Below are positions 25,866 through 32,000 of a stretch of 32,000 bases of DNA, piece by piece. Origin of the DNA: Patescibacteria group bacterium (GTDB lineage Bacteria > Patescibacteriota > Minisyncoccia > UBA6257 > HR35); contig JAUQQN010000002.1 in assembly GCA_030549845.1 (NCBI GenBank), forward strand, positions 1-32,000, written 5' to 3'. The stretch's first letter is position 1. Each line of letters begins with the position of its first letter. Both the position numbers and the translations under genes were made by a program. The notes below the pieces were generated by a model. The model made no database searches. It saw only the letters and a list, made by a program, of their open reading frames with translations, and had not been told where the DNA came from.

Positions 25866-27788
25866 TTATCTACTTATATAAACAGCATTTGTAAGGGTAT
25901 TAGTTTCTACAGTGCCTGGGAAGTTAGTTGTGATTTCACCATTATTAGAATCGTTATCATTATCCCAGGTCATACTTACAAGTTTAACTCTATGATAACC
26001 AGCATTCCAGCTTGATGGAGTTACAGCAAATTGTACATCTAATGTCCCAGTGTTTCCATTTCTTACAATGTAGTAAGCTCCGCTAGTTTCTACCCCACTC
26101 ACAGGAGTTAAAACAGGAGTACCCATGCTGATTTGAGTTGCTCCTGTAGTAGTAGCTGCAAAGCCATCTTGTGGAATATAAACATCGCCTCTTTGAGCTG
26201 TTATTTGGATTCGGAATGTAGCAGTCAAGGTAGAAGTTCCTGTATCTGGCGTATTAACAGAAGCATTTGAGCTTACAACTTTCCAATTTGCAGCTACTAC
26301 ACGATAAATGTATTGAGTTTCACCTGCAACTGTTCCAGACCAGGTAGCGCTACCTCCATCACTTCTTTCAGCCTGAGCTCCTGTTACAGAAACTCCGACT
26401 GTAGCAGCTGATGTGGTACCTAATGAAGCATCTACTTTCAAATCTGCTAATACTTTAAGCGTAACAGTTTGATCTTTATTTACTGTAACAAGAGGAGTAT
26501 TAAAGTCTACACCTTGGAAAGTAAAGGAACTTCCTGGGTTAGCAACAGAATCTAATACATTCCCGCTCATATCTAGTAACTTAAGACCAGAAACAGTTAC
26601 GTTTGAAGAAACTGTTAGGCTTCCATTTATTGATTGAACTTTTAATGTATCATTATCTGCTCTCAATACAAATCTTAGAAGCTCAAGATCTTTTACATCT
26701 CTATTTGAATCAGCTGCGTAGTTATTTGATTGTGGTGTATTTTGATCTCTATATACTACTAATGCTACACCTGTTGGAGTTGATTTTTCAACAGTAAAGT
26801 CTCTTGCAACTGTCCCAGACACATTTGGTGTGTGCTGAACCCCAACTCCATCTACTGCTCTTACATCTCCATTTCTTACCTGAATAGAGAATGTAACATT
26901 TTGAATATCTGCAGAATCTACAGTTGGATTTACAACTGCTCTTATAGTTAATACCTTTTCGCCATTTGCAGGTACTCTTACGCTAAATCCTGTAAAGGTA
27001 TATTCGTACTGGCTTACATTGATTCTATTATAAGAACTTGCAGGAAGTGATGCTAATTTTGTTTCTCCGTCATAAAGCTCGAAAGCTTGAAATACTTTTG
27101 TTATAAGAGGAGTTGAAGTTACAACGAATCTTACTCTTTGGACATCAGAATAGGCGTTTCTGGAAATTACTCTTATTCCTAATACATCCTTTGCTTCACC
27201 TTCTTTAACTACAACTCCACTTGCTGGAGAGGCTGCTAATCTTACTTCAACTACTGCTTCGCCAGCTTGTTCTGTTGGCTGTGGTTGTGGTTGTTCAGCA
27301 GATGGTGTAGTAGGAACTTGAGCTCCTAAAGCACCAAGAAGTAGAGCTAAAGCACCTTGTAAATCACCAGCTTGAATTTTTTGAAGTACTTGTGCTAAAA
27401 CATCAGCTGAAATTCCTGATGGAACTTGAGGTGTTTGAGCTTCTTCTTCAGGTGCAGGTGCTTGAGCTAAAGCAGATTTTAATGTTTCAATTCCTTGAGG
27501 ACCAACCCAGTTTCCATGCCAAGACATATTCAAGTAATCTTTATAAAAGTTTTTAACAGCAGTTCTTGTTTGAGAACCATAATATCCTGTTGCACCTGCT
27601 GGAATGTTATATCCAAGCTCCATCAAACAAGCTTGTAAGTTTTTAACAGCAGCACTTCTTTGACCATATCTTACTTGGGTTAAAGTATCTGGGTTGCAAG
27701 TTTGTGCCTTTAATGAAGCGACTGGCACAAATAGAGAAATAAGAGTAGCTGTTATTACAAAATAGGTTAGGTATTTTTTCATCTCCAT
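25866..27788 (-). CDS. Secreted cell-surface protein: signal peptide, a PG_binding_1-like peptidoglycan-binding domain, Pro/Ala/Gln linkers, then a ~460-aa Thr/Val/Ser-rich beta-rich region. Candidate S-layer or wall-anchored surface protein.
   Basis: 640 aa. Signal peptide MEMKKYLTYFVITATLISLFVPVASLKA/Q. GQRSAAVKNLQACLMELGYNIPAGATGYYGSQTRTAVKNFYKDY fits the PG_binding_1 pattern. Linkers are AQAPAPEEEAQTPQVPSG and QVPTTPSAEQPQPQPTEQAGE. The remainder is poor in Lys/Ile/Glu, unlike every neighbouring protein. Confidence 0.7.
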   Translation of the reverse strand: MEMKKYLTYFVITATLISLFVPVASLKAQTCNPDTLTQVRYGQRSAAVKNLQACLMELGYNIPAGATGYYGSQTRTAVKNFYKDYLNMSWHGNWVGPQGIETLKSALAQAPAPEEEAQTPQVPSGISADVLAQVLQKIQAGDLQGALALLLGALGAQVPTTPSAEQPQPQPTEQAGEAVVEVRLAASPASGVVVKEGEAKDVLGIRVISRNAYSDVQRVRFVVTSTPLITKVFQAFELYDGETKLASLPASSYNRINVSQYEYTFTGFSVRVPANGEKVLTIRAVVNPTVDSADIQNVTFSIQVRNGDVRAVDGVGVQHTPNVSGTVARDFTVEKSTPTGVALVVYRDQNTPQSNNYAADSNRDVKDLELLRFVLRADNDTLKVQSINGSLTVSSNVTVSGLKLLDMSGNVLDSVANPGSSFTFQGVDFNTPLVTVNKDQTVTLKVLADLKVDASLGTTSAATVGVSVTGAQAERSDGGSATWSGTVAGETQYIYRVVAANWKVVSSNASVNTPDTGTSTLTATFRIQITAQRGDVYIPQDGFAATTTGATQISMGTPVLTPVSGVETSGAYYIVRNGNTGTLDVQFAVTPSSWNAGYHRVKLVSMTWDNDNDSNNGEITTNFPGTVETNTLTNAVYISR

Positions 27789-27810
27789 TTTATTTTTTAA
27801 TTTACCGACC

Positions 27811-27838
27811 TAGCTCTATCACATTATGGATAGAGCTA
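27811..27838 (-). promoter_or_regulatory. Perfect 10-bp stem / 8-nt loop hairpin in the 5' leader of the surface-protein gene
   Basis: tagctctatc (27811-27820) pairs with gatagagcta (27829-27838) around the loop acattatg. It lies 23-50 nt upstream of the ATG and downstream of the predicted promoter. Confidence 0.6.
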
Positions 27839-27847
27839 TTCTAATTT

Positions 27848-27874
27848 GTTAATTAATTTTGGTTAATTAATTTT
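27848..27874. repeat. Tandem direct repeat (14-nt period) containing the palindrome TTAATTAA, with a third degenerate copy at 27885-27896
   Basis: gttaattaatttt occurs at 27848-27860 and again at 27862-27874, and cttaattaattg at 27885-27896. All copies lie in the transcribed leader or at the transcription start region of the surface-protein gene. Confidence 0.5.
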
Positions 27875-27898
27875 TTAATTCGACCTTAATTAATTGTA

Positions 27899-27926
27899 AT
27901 TATAATTTACTTAAATTAAAAGTCAA
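27899..27926 (-). promoter_or_regulatory. Sigma-70-type promoter of the surface-protein gene: TTGACT-N16-TATAAT
   Basis: On the minus strand the -35 TTGACT is at 27926..27921. A 16-nt spacer follows, then the -10 TATAAT at 27904..27899. The predicted leader is about 105 nt. Confidence 0.6.
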
Positions 27927-28017
27927 GTGAAATTGTGGATAATTTGAAATTAAAAAATCCTAATAAAATTTTAATTTTTTTAATTTTTCTTGTCAAGTTT
28001 TATAATAATTTTATTCA

Positions 28018-30126
28018 ATGGCAAAAAACAATAAAAATAAAACTTTAAATTTAGAGAAAATTTCTAATTTTTTGAGCGCTATTAAGGAGAAGTATTTTGT
28101 ATATGATATCTTGGCATTAATTTTTGTTTTTTTAGGTATATTTACAATTTTAGCTGACTTAGAAAAAGGAGGACGTTTCGGATTTTTCTACAAAGAATTT
28201 CTAACTAATGTTTTCGGAATTTCTCATTTAGCTTTGATAATAATCTTTTTAATTTTAGGCATAGGCTGGCTTTTAAAACTAAATCTTGTATGGAAAATCA
28301 CAAGTACTATAGGATGGATTATATTGTTTTTGATTTTTGCAACTTTTTCTGAAATGTTATTTCAAAGTGGGGGGATTATTGGTAAATGGATTTTAAGTTA
28401 TGAGATATACTTAGGAAGGATAGGGTTTGTTGTTTTTCTTATTTTATTGTCTTTTGTTTGCATAAGTATTATTTTTGAAAAACCATTACGAGATATATTT
28501 TTAGAAATTTATGAAAAAGTAAAAAAAGAAAAGAAAGTTGAAGTAGAAAGTTACATAGAGAAAAAAGAGAAAGCAGAAAAAACTTTTCTAAAAGAAAAAG
28601 TTAAGATGCCCAATGTTATAAAGCCTACAAGGATCAAACAGGAAATAAGTGGAGAAATAAGATTGAAAAAGCTACCTATAAAAACTAGCTGGGAATTACC
28701 TCCTATATCTTTATTGGATAAAACAGAAACCCAACCAGATAGTGGGGATATAAAAGAAAACATCCAAATAATAAAAACAACATTACAAAATTTTGGAATA
28801 AATGCAGAAGTAACAGAAGTTACAATTGGTCCAACAGTTACAAGATATGCAATAAAACCCCCAGAGGGCGTAAAACTTTCAAAAATATTAGCATTGCAAA
28901 ATGATTTAGCTCTAGCATTAGCTGTTCAAAATATAAGAATTGAGGCTCCTATTCCTGGAAGGGCCTTAATAGGGATAGAAGTCCCTAATGTAAAAACAGC
29001 AATTGTAAGATTAAGGTCTTTAATCGAAACTTCTGAATTTTTAGAAAATGATAACCTCTTAATTTTTCCTTTAGGAAGATTAGTAACAGGAGAAGCTTTT
29101 TATGCTGATCTTTCTTTAATGCCCCACCTTCTTATTGCAGGAACAACTGGCTCTGGAAAATCAGTTTTTATTCATTCTTTAATAATATCTCTTTTAATGA
29201 AAAATACACCAGAAACTTTGAATTTGATTTTAATTGATCCTAAAAGAGTAGAGTTAATAAAATATGAAAATATTCCCCATCTTTTAATGGATCCTGTAGT
29301 TGATTTGAAAAAAGTAATACCTGTTATGAATTGGTTGATAGAAGAGATGGAAAGAAGATATAAAGAATTTCAAGCAAATAGAGTAAGAGATATAGAAGTT
29401 TACAATAAATTACAAATTCAAAAAAAGAAAAAAATTATGCCTAGAATAGTATTTGTAATAGATGAAATGGCAGACTTAATGGTAAAGCAAGGTAATATTG
29501 TAGAAGCAGCAATTATAAGACTTGCACAAATGGCAAGAGCTACAGGAATACATCTTGTTTTAGCAACCCAAAGACCTTCTGTAGATGTAGTTACGGGTTT
29601 AATAAAAGCCAATATTCCTAATAGAATATGTTTTAAAGTAGCAAGTCAAGTTGATTCTAGGACAGTACTTGATTACTCTGGTGCAGAAAAATTAATAGGT
29701 GCAGGAGATATGCTATTTATGAGCACTTTATTTGGAGGAATAAAAAGAATACAGGCTCCATTGGTCACAGAAAAAGAAATTGAAAGAATTACTGATTTTT
29801 GGGCTAAGCAAGCTTTAGAAAAAGAAGATTATGAGAGAGAAACTATTCCTTTAGAAGAATATGAAAAATACGGAAAAGAAATTGGTGAAGAAATTGAATC
29901 TGAAGAAGAACTAATAAAGGCTGCGCTTCAGATAATTTTAGAGACAAAAAAAGCTTCTACATCTTTACTTCAAAGAAAATTAAAAATAGGTTATGCAAGG
30001 GCAGCAAGAATTTTGGATATCCTTGAAGAAAAAGGAATAGTAGGCCCTCAAGAAGGAACTAAGCCAAGAAAAGTTTTAATTGATAAACTTGAAGAAAATT
30101 CTAATGACTCAAACAACATACTTTAA
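28018..30126 (+). CDS. ftsK: DNA translocase FtsK/SpoIIIE
   Basis: 702 aa. N-terminal TM helices, Walker A IAGTTGSGKSV, Walker B VFVIDEMADLM, LVLATQRPSVDV, and a C-terminal gamma winged-helix KASTSLLQRKLKIGYARAARILDILEEKGIVG. Confidence 0.95.
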   Translation: MAKNNKNKTLNLEKISNFLSAIKEKYFVYDILALIFVFLGIFTILADLEKGGRFGFFYKEFLTNVFGISHLALIIIFLILGIGWLLKLNLVWKITSTIGWIILFLIFATFSEMLFQSGGIIGKWILSYEIYLGRIGFVVFLILLSFVCISIIFEKPLRDIFLEIYEKVKKEKKVEVESYIEKKEKAEKTFLKEKVKMPNVIKPTRIKQEISGEIRLKKLPIKTSWELPPISLLDKTETQPDSGDIKENIQIIKTTLQNFGINAEVTEVTIGPTVTRYAIKPPEGVKLSKILALQNDLALALAVQNIRIEAPIPGRALIGIEVPNVKTAIVRLRSLIETSEFLENDNLLIFPLGRLVTGEAFYADLSLMPHLLIAGTTGSGKSVFIHSLIISLLMKNTPETLNLILIDPKRVELIKYENIPHLLMDPVVDLKKVIPVMNWLIEEMERRYKEFQANRVRDIEVYNKLQIQKKKKIMPRIVFVIDEMADLMVKQGNIVEAAIIRLAQMARATGIHLVLATQRPSVDVVTGLIKANIPNRICFKVASQVDSRTVLDYSGAEKLIGAGDMLFMSTLFGGIKRIQAPLVTEKEIERITDFWAKQALEKEDYERETIPLEEYEKYGKEIGEEIESEEELIKAALQIILETKKASTSLLQRKLKIGYARAARILDILEEKGIVGPQEGTKPRKVLIDKLEENSNDSNNIL

Positions 30127-30706
30127 GGACTTGAGAGAAAAGAAAAATATAACTAAAGAAAGCTTGGCTAAAATTCTAAAGATTTCAGAAGCACAAATAG
30201 AAATAATAGAAAAAGGAGAGTTTGATAAATTACCATTTTTTGTTTTAAAAGAAATTCTTAGGAGGTATAAAATTTTTTTTAAAATACCTGATGAAATAAT
30301 CAAAGAAATTTATCAACAGCAAAAAATAAAAACTACAGAAGAGAAAAACAAAATCAAAACCCAACCTCGTTTTTTATTGAATTTCCCTCTTCTTTTTGTT
30401 GTATTTTTAATCCTTATATTATTTTTTATTTATCAATTCTATGAATTAATATCTCCTCCTGTAATCAGAATCATTTATCCTCCTAATAATTTTTATTCAC
30501 CATACAGGCAAATTGCTATAAAAGGATATGTAGATAAAAGAAGTAATTTTTTTATAAATAAAGAACAAGTTTTTTATGACAATAAAGGATATTTTGAAAA
30601 AAATGTTATTTTAAGGCAAGGAGCTAATAAATTCGTTTTAGAAGCCATAAATTATTTCGGGGTCAAAAACACAAAAGTTTTAACAATTTATTACATCAAA
30701 TATTAA
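30104..30706 (+). CDS. RodZ-like protein: N-terminal XRE-type helix-turn-helix, one TM helix and an extracytoplasmic beta-rich domain
   Basis: HTH segment ITKESLAKILKISEAQIEIIEKG, TM helix FLLNFPLLFVVFLILILFFIYQF, and a beta-rich C-terminus. The preferred start is Met9 of the track ORF (ATG 30104), which still overlaps the ftsK 3' end by 23 nt. Confidence 0.55.
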   Translation: MTQTTYFKDLREKKNITKESLAKILKISEAQIEIIEKGEFDKLPFFVLKEILRRYKIFFKIPDEIIKEIYQQQKIKTTEEKNKIKTQPRFLLNFPLLFVVFLILILFFIYQFYELISPPVIRIIYPPNNFYSPYRQIAIKGYVDKRSNFFINKEQVFYDNKGYFEKNVILRQGANKFVLEAINYFGVKNTKVLTIYYIKY

Positions 30707-31694
30707 TTTTTATAATATCACCTTCTTTTACTATATAATCCTTGCCCACTATCATGATTTCTCCTTTATTTTTTGCTTCAGTCCAATCTTTTATTTGTAA
30801 AAATTTATCAATATTAATAACTTCTGCTGATTTAAATTTTTTTTCAAAATCGGAATGGATCTTTCTTGCAGCTTCAAGTATATTCGAACCATTTTCTAAA
30901 AACCATGATTGTGTTATTTCTTTTGTAAAGGTATAAAATTCTATAAAATTTATATCTTTTCTGAATTGGTTTAAGAAAATAGACTTTTGTGATTTAAATT
31001 CTTTTTTCAAGCTTTCGTCTTCTTCAATTTCTAATTCAAATTTAAAATCCATTTGATAAATTCTTTTGAAACAAAGGTTTTGGAATTTTTTAATATCTAT
31101 TTCTTCCCCATTAATTATTAGATACCAGTCTTTTGTAATAAGGAGATTATATTCTTTTAATGCATCATTCAACTCAGGAAATCTTTGAAATGGTTTAATT
31201 TCATTTTTTAATTTCAACAGTAATTCAGCTTTTTCTTTATCTTTTGCTTTTTTTTGAATATTTTGTAGGTTTTCTTCTATTATTCTTTTATCTGCTTCTA
31301 TAATTTCTTCCTCTATTATCAAAATATCTCTTTCTGGATTTATGTCCCCTTCCATATGTAAAACCTCTTCATTTTTAAAATTTCTCACTACCTCCAAAAT
31401 CACATCACAAGATCTTAAATAACTTAAAAATTCGTTACCTAAACCTAACCCCATATGAGATCCTTTTATTAATCCTGGAATATCTACAAATTCTAAAAAT
31501 GCAGGAGTAAGTTCTTTTGTGCACGTAATTTTATAAAGATCCAAAAGTTTTTCTGAAATTACTAAAGCAATAGCTATATTTGGTTTTTTTGTGGTAAATG
31601 GATAATTTGCTATTTCAACCTCTTTTGTTGTTAGTAATTTTAAAAGAGTGGATTTTCCAGCATTAGGTAAACCGCATAATCCTATTTTTTTCAT
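30696..31694 (-). CDS. ychF: Obg-like ATPase/GTPase YchF
   Basis: 332 aa. IGLCGLPNAGKSTLL P-loop, YPFTT, FVDIPGLIKG, and a C-terminal TGS-like GKDYIVKEGDII. Confidence 0.85.
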   Translation of the reverse strand: MKKIGLCGLPNAGKSTLLKLLTTKEVEIANYPFTTKKPNIAIALVISEKLLDLYKITCTKELTPAFLEFVDIPGLIKGSHMGLGLGNEFLSYLRSCDVILEVVRNFKNEEVLHMEGDINPERDILIIEEEIIEADKRIIEENLQNIQKKAKDKEKAELLLKLKNEIKPFQRFPELNDALKEYNLLITKDWYLIINGEEIDIKKFQNLCFKRIYQMDFKFELEIEEDESLKKEFKSQKSIFLNQFRKDINFIEFYTFTKEITQSWFLENGSNILEAARKIHSDFEKKFKSAEVINIDKFLQIKDWTEAKNKGEIMIVGKDYIVKEGDIIKINI

Positions 31695-31738
31695 TTTAAA
31701 ATTTTAAGTTATAATTTTATAAATTAAACTTAAAGATA

Positions 31739-31811
31739 GGGCGGTTAGCTCAGTTGGCAGAGCGTCTCGTTGACGTCGAGAAGGTCGCAGGTTCGAGTCC
31801 TGCACCGCCCA
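31739..31811 (+). tRNA. tRNA-Val (anticodon GAC)
   Basis: Hand-folded cloverleaf. Acceptor GGGCGGT/ACCGCCC, D arm GCTC-AGTTGGCA-GAGC, anticodon arm TCTCG-TTGACGT-CGAGA, T arm GCAGG-TTCGAGT-CCTGC, discriminator A. CCA is not encoded. Confidence 0.9.
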
Positions 31812-31835
31812 ATTGTTATTACTTTATTAGTTTTA

Positions 31836-31919
31836 GCCCGGGTGGCGGAATTGGTAGACGCGCAAGGCTTAGGACCTTGTGGGCTTTTGCCCTTGAGGGT
31901 TCGAATCCCTCCCCGGGCA
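31836..31919 (+). tRNA. tRNA-Leu (anticodon TAG), class II with a long variable arm
   Basis: Acceptor GCCCGGG/CCCGGGC, anticodon arm CAAGG-CTTAGGA-CCTTG, variable arm GGGC-TTTT-GCCC, T arm GAGGG-TTCGAAT-CCCTC, discriminator A. Confidence 0.9.
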
Positions 31920-31927
31920 TTTTAAAA

Positions 31928-32000
31928 ATGAAAAAAAGGCCTCCTATCGTAGCTATTTTCGGGCACATTGATCATGGAAAAACTACATTACTTGATACTA
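31928..32000 (+). CDS. infB: Translation initiation factor IF-2. Only the N-terminal 24 codons are visible, and the gene runs off the window.
   Basis: [24 protein letters not shown] matches the start of the IF2 G domain ([20 protein letters not shown]). It is not in the ORF track because it is truncated by the window end. Confidence 0.7.
   Translation, partial: MKKRPPIVAIFGHIDHGKTTLLDT

Noticed and set aside
25866-26300. C-terminus of the surface protein as a diversity-generating retroelement (DGR) target, since DGRs are common in CPR genomes
   Set aside because: There is no reverse transcriptase and no recognisable template repeat or near-duplicate of the 3' region anywhere in the window. 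The C-terminus does not look like a C-type-lectin variable region by eye. A TR/RT elsewhere on the contig cannot be excluded.
25866-27788. Higher G+C of the 640-aa surface-protein gene as evidence of recent horizontal transfer or a genomic island
   Set aside because: tuf, a native and highly expressed gene, shows a similar elevation (23/60 G+C in 15781-15840). The surface gene's third codon positions remain A/T-leaning, with a shift to codons such as AAC/TTC/ACT as in highly expressed genes. No integrase, tRNA-flanked boundary or direct repeats flank it. The composition is better explained by amino-acid content (T/V/A/G/S) plus expression-linked codon bias. A formal codon-adaptation test is still needed.
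27961-28017. TTGTCA (27990-27995) as the -35 of an ftsK promoter
   Set aside because: The only hexamer at proper spacing (TATTCA, 28012-28017) is a poor -10 and would start transcription inside the gene. The TATAAT at 28001-28006 has no good -35. The ftsK promoter is therefore left unannotated and mentioned only in the short-leader finding.
1271-30936. Sixteen short ORFs from the track lie antisense to, or nested inside, strong genes: 1271-1456, 4979-5263, 6771-7103, 7430-7678, 7850-8146, 7896-8204, 14576-14884, 19532-19717, 21091-21642, 22645-22860, 25818-26015, 26603-26797, 28551-28763, 29418-29612, 30109-30303 and 30742-30936.
   Set aside because: Each lies entirely within a well-supported conserved gene on the opposite strand (or overlaps rpmA or the terminator). 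Their low-complexity Ser/Phe/Leu/Ile-rich translations are typical of shadow ORFs in AT-rich DNA, and none has a recognisable motif.
31695-31738. TATAAT at 31710-31715 as the promoter for the tRNA-Val/tRNA-Leu/infB unit, and a divergent ychF promoter
   Set aside because: The location is plausible, 23 nt before the tRNA 5' end. However, the -35 region (TTTTTC) is weak and the spacer is entirely A/T, where such hexamers arise by chance. This is not strong enough to list as a feature.
1-32000. CRISPR arrays, transposases/IS elements, integrases, prophage genes, toxin-antitoxin pairs and known defence-system genes
   Set aside because: None was found. Every ORF above ~90 aa is accounted for by housekeeping, pilus or envelope functions. 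The only repeats are the short leader repeats listed, and no spacer-repeat periodicity is visible.

Overview
The window is very AT-rich. My 60-nt spot counts give about 22% G+C in ordinary genes and about 38-43% in tuf and one surface-protein gene. It is extremely compact and uses the standard genetic code, since TGA is a stop inside several ATGA stop/start overlaps.

The gene content suggests a reduced Patescibacteria/CPR-like genome. This lineage call is inference only. Supporting features are a secretin-less type IV pilus operon, an archaeal-type TyrRS, an archease, a stand-alone ATP-cone protein, short RpoB/RpoC, an IF2 that starts directly at its G domain, and almost no Shine-Dalgarno signals.

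Gene order:
- pilC (partial), pilT, pilB, orf95, pilO-like, pilN-like and pilM on the minus strand
- comF, rsmE, tpiA and rpmA on the plus strand
- archease and NUDIX on the minus strand
- archaeal-type tyrS and bacterial trpS on the plus strand
- a long minus-strand run: efp, a soluble VirD4/TraD-like ATPase with a zinc ribbon, ATP-cone, rplW, rplD, rplC, rpsJ, tuf, rpoC, rpoB, a Wzy_C/O-antigen-ligase-TPR membrane protein, and a 640-aa secreted Thr/Val/Ser-rich protein with a peptidoglycan-binding domain
- ftsK and a RodZ-like HTH membrane protein on the plus strand
- ychF on the minus strand
- tRNA-Val(GAC), tRNA-Leu(UAG) and the start of infB on the plus strand

I saw no CRISPR array, transposase, integrase or rRNA.

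Most interesting observations:
1. The 640-aa protein is a monocistronic, compositionally deviant candidate S-layer or surface protein. It has a near-consensus promoter, a structured leader and the only clear intrinsic terminator in the window. It sits next to a Wzy_C-TPR protein that could be its O-oligosaccharyltransferase.
2. An ATP-cone / T4CP-like ATPase / efp module is spliced into the ribosomal-protein operon exactly where rplB should follow rplW.
3. Synteny is broken at rpoC->tuf, with no rpsL-rpsG-fusA.
4. TATAAT boxes lie 6-11 nt upstream of several ATGs, which suggests leaderless or near-leaderless expression.

All family calls come from motif recognition by eye, not from searches.
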